A DNA stretch of 64,000 bases from Antedon mediterranea (Eukaryota; Animalia; Echinodermata): the NCBI RefSeq assembly GCF_964355755.1, contig NW_027306095.1, positions 186,001 through 250,000 on the forward strand, in the 5' to 3' direction. The notes under the pieces are model-generated. The model did no database searches. It was not told the origin of the DNA and saw nothing but the letters and a program-made list of their open reading frames with translations. Position 1 is the stretch's first letter. Each line of letters starts with the position of its first letter. This document shows positions 11,201 through 25,100 of this stretch, piece by piece. The position numbers were made by a program, and so were the translations under genes.

Positions 11201-14200
11201 CTATTTTGTGCACTTTGTCGTTTTTGTACGAAAAGTTTTTTCGAAATGCACAAAATGGTCTAAAACGTCTCCAAATGCGATTTGAAGCAATTTTGTGCAC
11301 TTTGATGTTTTGTGTAATCCAGTTTCATCGAAATGTACAAAATTGTCTAAAACGTCTCTAAATGCGATTTGAAGCTATTTTGTGCACTTTGTCGTTTTTG
11401 TGTGAAAAGTTTTTTCGAAATGCACAAAATGGTCTAAAACGTCTCCAAATGCGATTTGAAGCAATTTTGTGCACTTTGATGTTTTGTGTAATCCAGTTTC
11501 ATCGAAATGTACAAAATTGTCTAAAACGTCTCTAAATGCGATTTGAAGCTATTTTGTGCACTTTGTCGTTTTTGTGTGAAAAGTTTTTTCGAAATGCACA
11601 AAATGGTCTAAAACGTCTCCAATTGCGATTTGAAGTTATTTTGTGCACTTTGATGTTATGTGTGAAAAGTTTTATCGAAATGCTCAAAATGGTCTAAAAC
11701 GGTTTCAAATGTGATTTTAAGCACTTTGATATTTTTGTGTAATCAAGTTTCATCGAAATGCACAAAATGGTCTAAAACGTCTGCAAATGCGATTTAAAGC
11801 TATTTTGTGCACTTTAATGTTTTGTGTGAAAAGTTTTATCGAAATTCTCAAAATGGTCTAAAACGGTTTCAAATGTGATTTTAAGCACTTTGATGTTTTT
11901 GTGTAATCAAGTTTCATCGAAATGCACAAAATGGTTTAAAACGTCTGCAAATGCGATTTGAAGCTATTTTGTGCACTTTGATGTTTTTGTGTGAAAAGTT
12001 TCATCGAAATGCACAAAATTGTCTAAAACGTCTCCAAATACGATATTAAGCTATTTTGTGCACTTTGATGTTTTTGTGTGAAAAGTTTCATCGAAATGCA
12101 CAAAATGGTCTAAAACGTCTGCAAATGCGATTTGAAGCTATTTTGTGCACTTTGTCGTTTTTGTGTGAAAAGTTTCATCGAAATGCTCAAAATGGTCTAA
12201 AACGTCTCCAAATGCGATTTGAAGCAATTTTGTGCACTTTGATGTTTTTGTGTGAAAAGTTTCATCGAAATGCACAAAATGGTCTCTAAAACGTCTGCAA
12301 ATGCGATTTGAAGCTATTTTGTGCACTTTGTCGTTTTTGTGTGAAAAGTTTTTTCGAAATGCACAAAATGGTCTAAAACGTCTCCAAATGCGATTTGAAG
12401 CAATTTTGTGCACTTTGATGTTTTGTGTAATCCAGTTTCATCGAAATGTACAAAATTGTCTAAAACGTCTCTAAATGCGATTTGAAGCTATTTTGTGCAC
12501 TTTGTCGTTTTTGTGTGAAAAGTTTTTTCGAAATGCACAAAATGGTCTAAAACGTCTCCAATTGCGATTTGAAGTTATTTTGTGCACTTTGATGTTTTGT
12601 GTGAAAAGTTTTATCGAAATGCTCAAAATGGTCTAAAACGGTTTCAAATGTGATTTTAAGCACTTTGATATTTTTGTATAATCAAGTTAAATCGAAATGC
12701 ACAAAATGGTCTAAAACGTCTGCAAATGCGATTTAAAGCTATTTTGTGCACTTTAATGTTTTGTGTGAAAAGTTTTATCGAAATTCTCAAAATGGTCTAA
12801 AACGGTTTTAAATGTGATTTTAAGCACTTTGATGTTTTTGTGTAATCAAGTTTCATCGAAATGCACTAAATGGTTTAAAACGTCTGCAAATGCGATTTGA
12901 AGCTATTTTGTGCACTTTGATGTTTTTGTGTGAAAAGTTTCATCGAAATGCACAAAATTGTCTAAAACGTCTCCAAATACGATATTAAGCTATTGTATGC
13001 ACTTTGATGTTTTTGAGTGAAAAGTTTTTTCGAAATGCACAAAATGGTCTAAAACGTCTCCAAATGCAATTTGGAGCTCTTTTGTGCACTTTGATGTTTT
13101 GTGTAAAAAGTTTGCTATTTTGTGCACTTTAATGTTTTGTGTGAAAAGTTTTATCGAAATGCTCAAAATTGTCTAAAACGGTTTCAAATGTGATTTTAAG
13201 CACTTTGATATTTTTGTGTAATCAAGTTTTTTCGAAATGCACAACATGGTCTAAAACGTCTCCAAATGCGATTTGAAGCTATTTTGTGCACTTTGATGTT
13301 TTTGTGTGAAAAGTTTATTCGAAATGCACAAAATGGTCTAAAACGTCTCCAAATGCGATTTGAAGTTATTTTGTGCACTTTGATGTTTTGTGTGAAAAGT
13401 TTTATCGAAATGCTCAAAATGGTCTAAAACGGTTTCAAATGTGATTTTAAGCACTTTGATATTTTTGTGTAATCAAGTTTCATCGAAATGCTCAAAATGG
13501 TCTAAAACGTCTCCAAATGCGATTTGAAGCTATTTTGTGCACTTTGATGTTTTTTTGTGAAAAGTTTCATCGAAATGCACAAAATGGTCTAAAACGTCTC
13601 TAAATGCGATTTGAAGCTATTTTGTGCACTTTGATGTTTTTGTGTGAAAAGTTTCATCGAAATGCACAAAATGGTCTAAAACGTCTCTAAATGCGATTTG
13701 AAGCTATTTTGTGCACTTTGATGTTTTTTTGTGAAAAGTTTCATCGAAATGCACAAAATGGTCTAAAACGTCTCTAAATGCGATTTGAAGCTATTTTGTG
13801 CACTTTGATGTTTTTTTGTGAAAAGTTTCATCGAAATGCACAAAATTGTCTAAAACGTCTCTAAATGCGATTTGAAGCTATTTTGTGCACTTTGTCGTTT
13901 TTGTGTGAAAAGTTTCATCGAAATGCACAAAATGGTCTAAAACGTCTGCAAATGCGATTTGAAGCTATTTTGTGCACTTTGTCGTTTTTGTGTGAAAAGT
14001 TTTTTCGAAATGCACAAAATGGTCTAAAACGTCTCCAATTGCGATTTGAAGTTATTTTGTGCACTTTGATGTTTTGTGTGAAAAGTTTTATCGAAATGCT
14101 CAAAATGGTCTAAAACGGTTTCAAATGTGATTTTAAGCACTTTGATATTTTTGTGTAATCAAGTTTCATCGAAATGCACAAAATGGTCTAAAACGTCTGC

Positions 14201-16175
14201 AAATGCGATTTAAAGCTATTTTGTGCACTTTAATGTTTTGTGTGAAAAGTTTTATCGAAATTCTCAAAATGGTCTAAAACGGTTTCAAATGTGATTTTAA
14301 GCACTTTGATGTTTTTGTGTAATCAAGTTTCATCGAAATGCACAAAATGGTTTAAAACGTCTGCAAATGCGATTTGAAGCTATTTTGTGCACTTTGATGT
14401 TTTTGTGTGAAAAGTTTCATCGAAATGCACAAAATTGTCTAAAACGTCTCCAAATACGATATTAAGCTATTTTGTGCACTTTGATGTTTTTGTGTGAAAA
14501 GTTTCATCGAAATGCACAAAATGGTCTAAAACGTCTGCAAATGCGATTTGAAGCTATTTTGTGCACTTTGTCGTTTTTGTGTGAAAAGTTTCATCGAAAT
14601 GCTCAAAATGGTCTAAAACGTCTCCAAATGCGATTTGAAGCAATTTTGTGCACTTTGATGTTTTTGTGTGAAAAGTTTCATCGAAATGCACAAAATGGTC
14701 TCTAAAACGTCTGCAAATGCGATTTGAAGCTATTTTGTGCACTTTGTCGTTTTTGTGTGAAAAGTTTTTTCGAAATGCACAAAATGGTCTAAAACGTCTC
14801 CAAATGCGATTTGAAACAATTTTGTGCACTTTGATGTTTTGTGTAATCCAGTTTCATCGAAATGTACAAAATTGTCTAAAACGTCTCTAAATGCGATTTG
14901 AAGCTATTTTGTGCACTTTGTCGTTTTTGTGTGAAAAGTTTTTTCGAAATGCACAAAATGGTCTAAAACGTCTCCAATTGCGATTTGAAGTTATTTTGTG
15001 CACTTTGATGTTTTGTGTGAAAAGTTTTATCGAAATGCTCAAAATGGTCTAAAACGGTTTCAAATGTGATTTTAAGCACTTTGATATTTTTGTATAATCA
15101 AGTTAAATCGAAATGCACAAAATTGTCTAAAACGTCTGCAAATGCGATTTAAAGCTATTTTGTGCACTTTAATGTTTTGTGTGAAAAGTTTTATCGAAAT
15201 TCTCAAAATGGTCTAAAACGGTTTCAAATGTGATTTTAAGCACTTTGATGTTTTTGTGTAATCAAGTTTCATCGAAAAGCACAAAATGGTTTAAAACGTC
15301 TGCAAATGCGATTTGAAGCTATTTTGTGCACTTTGATGTTTTTGTGTGAAAAGTTTCATCGAAATGCACAAAATTGTCTAAAACGTTTCCAAATACGATA
15401 TTAAGCTATTGTATGCACTTTGATATTTTTGAGTGAAAAGTTTTTTCGAAATGCACAAAATGGTCTAAAACGTCTCCAAATGCGATTTAAAGCTATTTTG
15501 TGCACTTTGATGTTTTTTTCTGAAAAGTTTCATCGAAATGCACAAAATGGTCTAAAACGTCTCTAAATGCGATTTGAAGCTATTTTGTGCACTTTGATGT
15601 TTTTGTGTGAAAAGTTTCATCGAAATGCACAAAATGGTCTAAAACGTCTCTAAATGCGATTTGAAGCTATTTTGTGCACTTTGATGTTTTTTTGTGAAAA
15701 GTTTCATCGAAATGCACAAAATGGTCTAAAACGTCTCTAAATGCGATTTGAAGCTATTTCGTGCACTTTGTCGTTTTTGTGTGAAAAGTTTCATGGAAAT
15801 GCACAAAATGGTCTAAAACGTCTCCAAATGCGATTTGAAGCAATTTTGTGCACTTTGAGGTTTTTGTGTGAAAAGTTTCATCGAAATGCACAAAATGTTC
15901 TAAAACGTCTGCAAATGCGATTTGAAGCTATTTTGTGCACTTTGATGTTTTTTTGTGAAAAGTTTCATCGAAATGCACAAAATTGTCTAAAACGTCTCTA
16001 AATGCGATTTGAAGCTATTTTGTGCACTTTGATGTTTTTTTGTGAAAAGTTTCATCGAAATGCACAAAATGGTCTAAAACGTCTCTAAATGCGATTTGAA
16101 GCTATTTTGTGCACTTTGATGTTTTTTTGTGAAAAGTTTCATCGAAATGCACAAAATGGTCTAAAACGTCTCTAA

Positions 16176-19100
16176 ATGCGATTTGAAGCTATTTTGTGCA
16201 CTTTGTCGTTTTTGTGTGAAAAGTTTCATCGAAATGCTCAAAATGGTCTAAAACGTCTCCAAATGCGATTTGAAGCAATTTTGTGCACTTTGATGTTTTT
16301 GTGTGAAAAGTTTCATCGAAATGCACAAAATGGTCTAAAACGTCTGCAAATGCGATTTGAAGCTATTTTGTGCACTTTGATGTTTTTTTGTGAAAAGTTT
16401 CATCGAAAGGCACAAAATTGTCTAAAACGTCTCTAAATGCGATTTGAAGCTATTTTGTGCACTTTGTCGTTTTTGTGTGAAAAGTTTCATCGAAATTCCC
16501 AAAATGGTCTAAAACATCTCCAAATGCGATTTGAAGCAATTTTGTGCACTTTGATGTTTTTGTGTGAAAAGTTTCATCGAAATGCACAAAATGGTCTAAA
16601 ACGTCTGCAAATGCGATTTGAAGCTATTTTGTGCACTTTGTCGTTTTTGTGTGAAAAGTTTTTTCGAAATGCACAAAATGGTCTAAAACGTCTCCAAATG
16701 CGATTTGAAGCAATTTTGTGCACTTTGATGTTTTGTGTAATCCAGTTTCATCGAAATGTACAAAATTGTCTAAAACGTCTCTAAATGCGATTTGAAGCTA
16801 TTTTGTGCACTTTGTCGTTTTTGTGTGAAAAGTTTTTTAGAAATGCACAAAATGGTCTAAAACGTCTCCAAATGCGATTTGAAGCAATTTTGTGCACTTT
16901 GATGTTTTGTGTAATCCAGTTTCATCGAAATGTACAAAATTGTCTAAAACGTCTCTAAATGCGATTTGAAGCTATTTTGTGCACTTTGTCGTTTTTGTGT
17001 GAAAAGTTTTTTCGAAATGCACAAAATGGTCTAAAACGTCTCCAATTGCGATTTGAAGTTATTTTGTGCACTTTGATGTTTTGTGTGAAAAGTTTTATCG
17101 AAATGCTCAAAATGGTCTAAAACGGTTTCAAATGTGATTTTAAGCACTTTGATATTTTTGTGTAATCAAGTTTCATCGAAATTCACAAAATGGTCTAAAA
17201 CGTCTGCAAATGCGATTTAAAGCTATTTTGTGCACTTTAATGTTTTGTGTGAAAAGTTTTATCGAAATTCTCAAAATGGTCTAAAACGGTTTCAAATGTG
17301 ATTTTAAGCACTTTGATGTTTTTGTGTAATCAAGTTTCATCGAAATGCACAAAATGGTTTAAAACGTCTGCAAATGCGATTTGAAGCTATTTTGTGCACT
17401 TTGATGTTTTTGTGTGAAAAGTTTCATCGAAATGCACAAAATTGTCTAAAACGTCTCCAAATACGATATTAAGCTATTTTGTGCACTTTGATGTTTTTGT
17501 GTGAAAAGTTTCATCGAAATGCACAAAATGGTCTAAAACGTCTGCAAATGCGATTTGAAGCTATTTTGTGCACTTTGTCGTTTTTGTGTGAAAAGTTTCA
17601 TCGAAATGCTCAAAATGGTCTAAAACGTCTCCAAATGCGATTTGAAGCAATTTTGTGCACTTTGATGTTTTTGTGTGAAAAGTTTCATCGAAATGCACAA
17701 AATGGTCTCTAAAACGTCTGCAAATGCGATTTGAAGCTATTTTGTGCACTTTGTCGTTTTTGTGTGAAAAGTTTTTTCGAAATGCACAAAATGGTCTAAA
17801 ACGTCTCCAAATGCGATTTGAAGCAATTTTGTGCACTTTGATGTTTTGTGTAATCCATTTTCATCGAAATGTACAAAATTGTCTAAAACGTCTCTAAATG
17901 CGATTTGAAGCTATTTTGTGCACTTTGTCGTTTTTGTGTGAAAAGTTTTTTCGAAATGCACAAAATGGTCTAAAACGTCTCCAATTGCGATTTGAAGTTA
18001 TTTTGTGCACTTTGATGTTTTGTGTGAAAAGTTTTATCGAAATGCTCAAAATGGTCTAAAACGGTTTCAAATGTGATTTTAAGCACTTTGATATTTTTGT
18101 ATAATCAAGTTAAATCGAAATGCACAAAATGGTCTAAAACGTCTGCAAATGCGATTTAAAGCTATTTTGTGCACTTTAATGTTTTGTGTGAAAAGTTTTA
18201 TCGAAATTCTCAAAATGGTCTAAAACGGTTTCAAATGTGATTTTAAGCACTTAGATGTTTTTGTGTAATCAAGTTTCATCGAAATGCACTAAATGGTTTA
18301 AAACGTCTGCAAATGCGATTTGAAGCTATTTTGTGCACTTTGATGTTTTTGTGTGAAAAGTTTCATCGAAATGCACAAAATTGTCTAAAACGTCTCCAAA
18401 TACGATATTAAGCTATTGTATGCACTTTGATGTTTTTGAGTGAAAAGTTTTTTCGAAATGCACAAAATGGTCTAAAACGTCTCCAAATGCGATTTGGAGC
18501 TCTTTTGTGCACTTTGATGTTTTGTGTAAAAAGTTTGCTATTTTGTGCACTTTAATGTTTTGTGTGAAAAGTTTTATCGAAATGCTCAAAATTGTCTAAA
18601 ACGGTTTCAAATGTGATTTTAAGCACTTTGATATTTTTGTGTAATCAAGTTTTTTCGAAATGCACAACATGGTCTAAAACGTCTCCAAATGCGATTTGAA
18701 GCTATTTTGTGCACTTTGATGTTTTTGTGTGAAAAGTTTATTCGAAATGCACAAAATGGTCTAAAACGTCTCCAAATGCGATTTGAAGTTATTTTGTGCA
18801 CTTTGATGTTTTGTGTGAAAAGTTTTATCGAAATGCTCAAAATGGTCTAAAACGGTTTCAAATGTGATTTTAAGCACTTTGATATTTTTGTGTAATCAAG
18901 TTTCATCGAAATGCTCAAAATGGTCTAAAACGTCTCCAAATGCGATTTGAAGCTATTTTGTGCACTTTGATGTTTTTTTGTGAAAAGTTTCATCGAAATG
19001 CACAAAATGGTCTAAAACGTCTCTAAATGCGATTTGAAGCTATTTTGTGCACTTTGATGTTTTTGTGTGAAAAGTTTCATCGAAATGCACAAAATGGTCT

Positions 19101-22100
19101 AAAACGTCTCTAAATGCGATTTGAAGCTATTTTGTGCACTTTGATGTTTTTTTGTGAAAAGTTTCATCGAAATGCACAAAATGGTCTAAAACGTCTCTAA
19201 ATGCGATTTGAAGCTATTTTGTGCACTTTGATGTTTTTTTGTGAAAAGTTTCATCGAAATGCACAAAATTGTCTAAAACGTCTCTAAATGCGATTTGAAG
19301 CTATTTTGTGCACTTTGTCGTTTTTGTGTGAAAAGTTTCATCGAAATGCTCAAAATGGTCTAAAACGTCTCCAAATGCGATTTGAAGCAATTTTGTGCAC
19401 TTTGATGTTTTTGTGTGAAAAGTTTCATCGAAATGCACAAAATGGTCTAAAACGTCTGCAAATGCGATTTGAAGCTATTTTGTGCACTTTGTCGTTTTTG
19501 TGTGAAAAGTTTTTTCGAAATGCACAAAATGGTCTAAAACGTCTCCAATTGCGATTTGAAGTTATTTTGTGCACTTTGATGTTTTGTGTGAAAAGTTTTA
19601 TCGAAATGCTCAAAATGGTCTAAAACGGTTTCAAATGTGATTTTAAGCACTTTGATATTTTTGTGTAATCAAGTTTCATCGAAATGCACAAAATGGTCTA
19701 AAACGTCTGCAAATGCGATTTAAAGCTATTTTGTGCACTTTAATGTTTTGTGTGAAAAGTTTTATCGAAATTCTCAAAATGGTCTAAAACGGTTTCAAAT
19801 GTGATTTTAAGCACTTTGATGTTTTTGTGTAATCAAGTTTCATCGAAATGCACAAAATGGTTTAAAACGTCTGCAAATGCGATTTGAAGCTATTTTGTGC
19901 ACTTTGATGTTTTTGTGTGAAAAGTTTCATCGAAATGCACAAAATTGTCTAAAACGTCTCCAAATACGATATTAAGCTATTTTGTGCACTTTGATGTTTT
20001 TGTGTGAAAAGTTTCATCGAAATGCACAAAATGGTCTAAAACGTCTGCAAATGCGATTTGAAGCTATTTTGTGCACTTTGTCGTTTTTGTGTGAAAAGTT
20101 TCATCGAAATGCTCAAAATGGTCTAAAACGTCTCCAAATGCGATTTGAAGCAATTTTGTGCACTTTGATGTTTTTGTGTGAAAAGTTTCATCTAAATGCA
20201 CAAAATGGTCTCTAAAACGTCTGCAAATGCGATTTGAAGCTATTTTGTGCACTTTGTCGTTTTTGTGTGAAAAGTTTTTTCGAAATGCACAAAATGGTCT
20301 AAAACGTCTCCAAATGCGATTTGAAGCAATTTTGTGCACTTTGATGTTTTGTGTAATCCAGTTTCATCGAAATGTACAAAATTGTCTAAAACGTCTCTAA
20401 ATGCGATTTGAAGCTATTTTGTGCACTTTGTCGTTTTTGTGTGAAAAGTTTTTTCGAAATGCACAAAATGGTCTAAAACGTCTCCAATTGCGATTTGAAG
20501 TTATTTTGTGCACTTTGATGTTTTGTGTGAAAAGTTTTATCGAAATGCTCAAAATGGTCTAAAACGGTTTCAAATGTGATTTTAAGCACTTTGATATTTT
20601 TGTGTAATCAAGTTTCATCGAAATGCACAAAATGGTCTAAAACGTCTGCAAATGCGATTTGAAGCTATTTTGTGCACTTTGTCGTTTTTGTGTGAAAAGT
20701 TTTTTCGAAATGCACAAAATGGTCTAAAACGTCTCCAATTGCGATTTGAAGTTATTTTGTGCACTTTGATGTTTTGTGTGAAAAGTTTTATCGAAATTCT
20801 CAAAATGGTCTAAAACGGTTTCAAATGTGATTTTAAGCACTTTGATATTTTTGTATAATCAAGTTAAATCGAATTTGCACAAAATGGTCTAAAACGTCTG
20901 CAAATGCATTTTAAAGCTATTTTGTGCACTTTAATGTTTTGTGTGAAAAGTTTTATCGAAATTCTCAAAATGGTCTAAAACGGTTTCAAATGTGATTTTA
21001 GGCACTTTGATGTTTTTGTGTAATCAAGTTTCATCGAAAAGCACAAAATGGTTTAAAACGTCTGCAAATGCGATTTGAAGCTATTTTGTGCACTTTGATG
21101 TTTTTGTGTGAAAAGTTTCATCGAAATGCACAAAATTGTCTAAAACGTTTCCAAATACGATATTAAGCTATTGTATGCACTTTGATATTTTTGAGTGAAA
21201 AGTTTTTTCGAAATGCACAAAATGGTCTAAAACGTCTCCAAATGCGATTTAAAGCTATTTTGTGCACTTTGATGTTTTTTTCTGAAAAGTTTCATCGAAA
21301 TGCACAAAATGGTCTAAAACGTCTCTAAATGCGATTTGAAGCTATTTTGTGCACTTTGATGTTTTTGTGTGAAAAGTTTCATCGAAATGCACAAAATGGT
21401 CTAAAACGTCTCTAAATGCGATTTGAAGCTATTTTGTGCACTTTGATGTTTTTTTGTGAAAAGTTTCATCGAAATGCACAAAATGGTCTAAAACGTCTCT
21501 AAATGCGATTTGAAGCTATTTTGTGCACTTTGTCGTTTTTGTGTGAAAAGTTTCATCGAAATGCTCAAAATGGTCTAAAACGTCTCCAAATGCGATTTGA
21601 AGCAATTTTGTGCACTTTGATGTTTTTGTGTGAAAAGTTTCATCGAAATGCACAAAATGGTCTAAAACGTCTGCAAATGCGATTTGAAGCTATTTTGTGC
21701 ACTTTGATGTTTTTTTGTGAAAAGTTTCATCGAAATGCACAAAATTGTCTAAAACGTCTCTAAATGCGATTTGAAGCTATTTTGTGCACTTTGATGTTTT
21801 TTTGTGAAAAGTTTCATCGAAATGTACAAAATTGTCTAAAACGTCTCTAAATGCGATTTGAAGCTATTTTGTGCACTTTGTCGTTTTTGTGTGAAAAGTT
21901 TCATCGAAATGCTCAAAATGGTCTAAAACGTCTCCAAATGCGATTTGAAGCAATTTTGTGCACTTTGATGTTTTTGTGTGAAAAGTTTCATCGAAATGCA
22001 CAAAATGGTCTAAAACGTCTGCAAATGCGATTTGAAGCTATTTTGTGAACTTTGTCGTTTTTGTGTGAAAAGTTTTTTCGAAATGCACAAAATGGTCTAA

Positions 22101-25100
22101 AACGTCTCCAAATGCGATTTGAAGCATTTTTGTGCACTTTGATGTTTTGTGTAATCCAGTTTCATCGAAATGTACAAAATTGTCTAAAACGTCTCTAAAT
22201 GCGATTTGAAGCTATTTTGTGCACTTTGTCGTTTTTGTGTGAAAAGTTTTTTCGAAATGCACAAAATGGTCTAAAACGTCTCCAAATGCGATTTGAAGCA
22301 ATTTTGTGCACTTTGATGTTTTGTGTAATCCAGTTTCATCGAAATGTACAAAATTGTCTAAAACGTTTCTAAATGCGATTTGAAGCTATTTTGTGCACTT
22401 TGTCGTTTTTGTGTGAAAAGTTTTTTCGAAATGCACAAAATGGTCTAAAACGTCTCCAATTGCGATTTGAAGTTATTTTGTGCACTTTGATGTTTTGTGT
22501 GAAAAGTTTTATCGAAATGCTCAAAATGGTCTAAAACGGTTTCAAATGTGATTTTAAGCACTTTGATATTTTTGTATAATCAAGTTAAATCGAAATAGAC
22601 AAAATGGTCTAAAACGTCTGCAAATGCGATTTAAAGCTATTTTGTGCACTTTAATGTTTTGTGTGAAAAGTTTTATCGAAATTCTCAAAATGGTCTAAAA
22701 CGGTTTCAAATGTGATTTTAAGCACTTTGATGTTTTTGTGTAATCAAGTTTCATCGAAAAGCACAAAATGGTTTAAAACGTCTGCAAACGCGATTTGAAG
22801 CTATTTTGTGCACTTTGATGTTTTTGTGTGAAAAGTTTCATCGAAATGCACAAAATTGTCTAAAACGTTTCCAAATACGATATTAAGCTATTGTATGCAC
22901 TTTGATGTTTTTGAGTGAAAAGTTTTTTCGAAATGCACAAAATGGTCTAAAACGTCTCCAAATGCGATTTGAAGCTATTTTGTGCACTTTGATGTTTTTT
23001 TCTGAAAAGTTTCATCGAAATGCACAAAATGGTCTAAAACGTCTCTAAATGCGATTTGAAGCTATTTTGTGCACTTTGATGTTTTTGTGTGAAAAGTTTC
23101 ATCGAAATGCACAAAATGGTCTAAAACGTCTCTAAATGCGATTTGAAGTTATTTTGTGCACTTTGATGTTTTGTGTGAAAAGTTTTATCGAAATGCTCAA
23201 AATGGTCTAAAACGGTTTCAAATGTGATTTTAAGCACTTTGATATTTTTGTGTAATCAAGTTTCATCGAAATGCACAAAATGGTCTAAAACGTCTCCAAA
23301 TGCGATTTGAAGCTATTTTGTGCACTTTAATGTTTTGTGTGAAAAGTTTTATCGAAATTCTCAAAATGGTCTAAAACGGTTTCAAATGTGATTTTAAGCA
23401 CTTTGATGTTTTTGTGTAATCAAGTTTCATCGAAATGCACAAAATGGTTTAAAACGCCTGCAAATGCGATTTGAAGCTATTTTGTGCACTTTGATGTTTT
23501 TGTGTGAAAAGTTTCATCGAAATGCACAAAATTGTCTAAAACGTTTCCAAATACGATATTAAGCTATTGTATGCACTTTGATGTTTTTGAGTGAAAAGTT
23601 TTTTCGAAATGCACAAAATGGTCTAAAACGTCTCCAAATGCGATTTGGAGCTCTTTTGTGCACTTTGATGTTTTGTGTAAAAAGTTTGCTATTTTGTGCA
23701 CTTTAATGTTTTGTGTGAAAAGTTTTATCGAAATGCTCAAAATTGTCTAAAACGGTTTCAAATGTGATTTTAAGCACTTTGATATTTTTGTGTAATCAAG
23801 TTTTTTCGAAATGCACAACATGGTCTAAAACGTCTCCAAATGCGATTTGAAGCTATTTTGTGCACTTTGATGTTTTTGTGTGAAAAGTTTCATCGAAATG
23901 CACAAAATGGTCTAAAACGTCTCTAAATGCGATTTAAAGCTATTTTGTGCACTTTGTCGTTTTTGTGTGAAAAGTTTCATCGAAATGCTCAAAATGGTCT
24001 AAAACGTCTCCAAATGCGATTTGAAGCAATTTTGTGCACTTTGATGTTTTTGTGTGAAAAGTTTCATCGAAATGCACAAAATGGTCTAAAACGTCTGCAA
24101 ATGCGATTTGAAGCTATTTTGTGCACTTTGATGTTTTTTTGTGAAAAGTTTCATCGAAAGGCACAAAATTGTCTAAAACGTCTCTAAATGCGATTTGAAG
24201 CTATTTTGTGCACTTTGTCGTTTTTGTGTGAAAAGTTTCATCGAAATTCCCAAAATGGTCTAAAACATCTCCAAATGCGATTTGAAGCAATTTTGTGCAC
24301 TTTGATTTTTTTGTGTGAAAAGTTTCATCGAAATGCACAAAATGGTCTAAAACGTCTGCAAATGCGATTTGAAGCTATTTTGTGCACTTTGTCGTTTTTG
24401 TGTGAAAAGTTTTTTCGAAATGCACAAAATGGTCTAAAACGTCTCCAAATGCGATTTGAAGCAATTTTGTGCACTTTGATGTTTTGTGTAATCCAGTTTC
24501 ATCGAAATGTACAAAATTGTCTAAAACGTCTCTAAATGCGATTTGAAGCTATTTTGTGCACTTTGTCGTTTTTGTGTGAAAAGTTTTTTCGAAATGCACA
24601 AAATGGTCTAAAACGTCTCCAAATGCGATTTGAAGCAATTTTGTGCACTTTGATGTTTTGTGTAATCCAGTTTCATCGAAATGTACAAAATTGTCTAAAA
24701 CGTCTCTAAATGCGATTTGAAGCTATTTTGTGCACTTTGTCGTTTTTGTGTGAAAAGTTTTTTCGAAATGCACAAAATGGTCTAAAACGTCTCCAATTGC
24801 GATTTGAAGTTATTTTGTGCACTTTGATGTTTTGTGTGAAAAGTTTTATCGAAATGCTCAAAATGGTCTAAAACGGTTTCAAATGTGATTTTAAGCACTT
24901 TGATATTTTTGTGTAATCAAGTTTCATCGAAATGCACAAAATGGTCTAAAACGTCTGCAAATGCGATTTAAAGCTATTTTGTGCACTTTAATGTTTTGTG
25001 TGAAAAGTTTTATCGAAATTCTCAAAATGGTCTAAAACGGTTTCAAATGTGATTTTAAGCACTTTGATGTTTTTGTGTAATCAAGTTTCATCGAAATGCA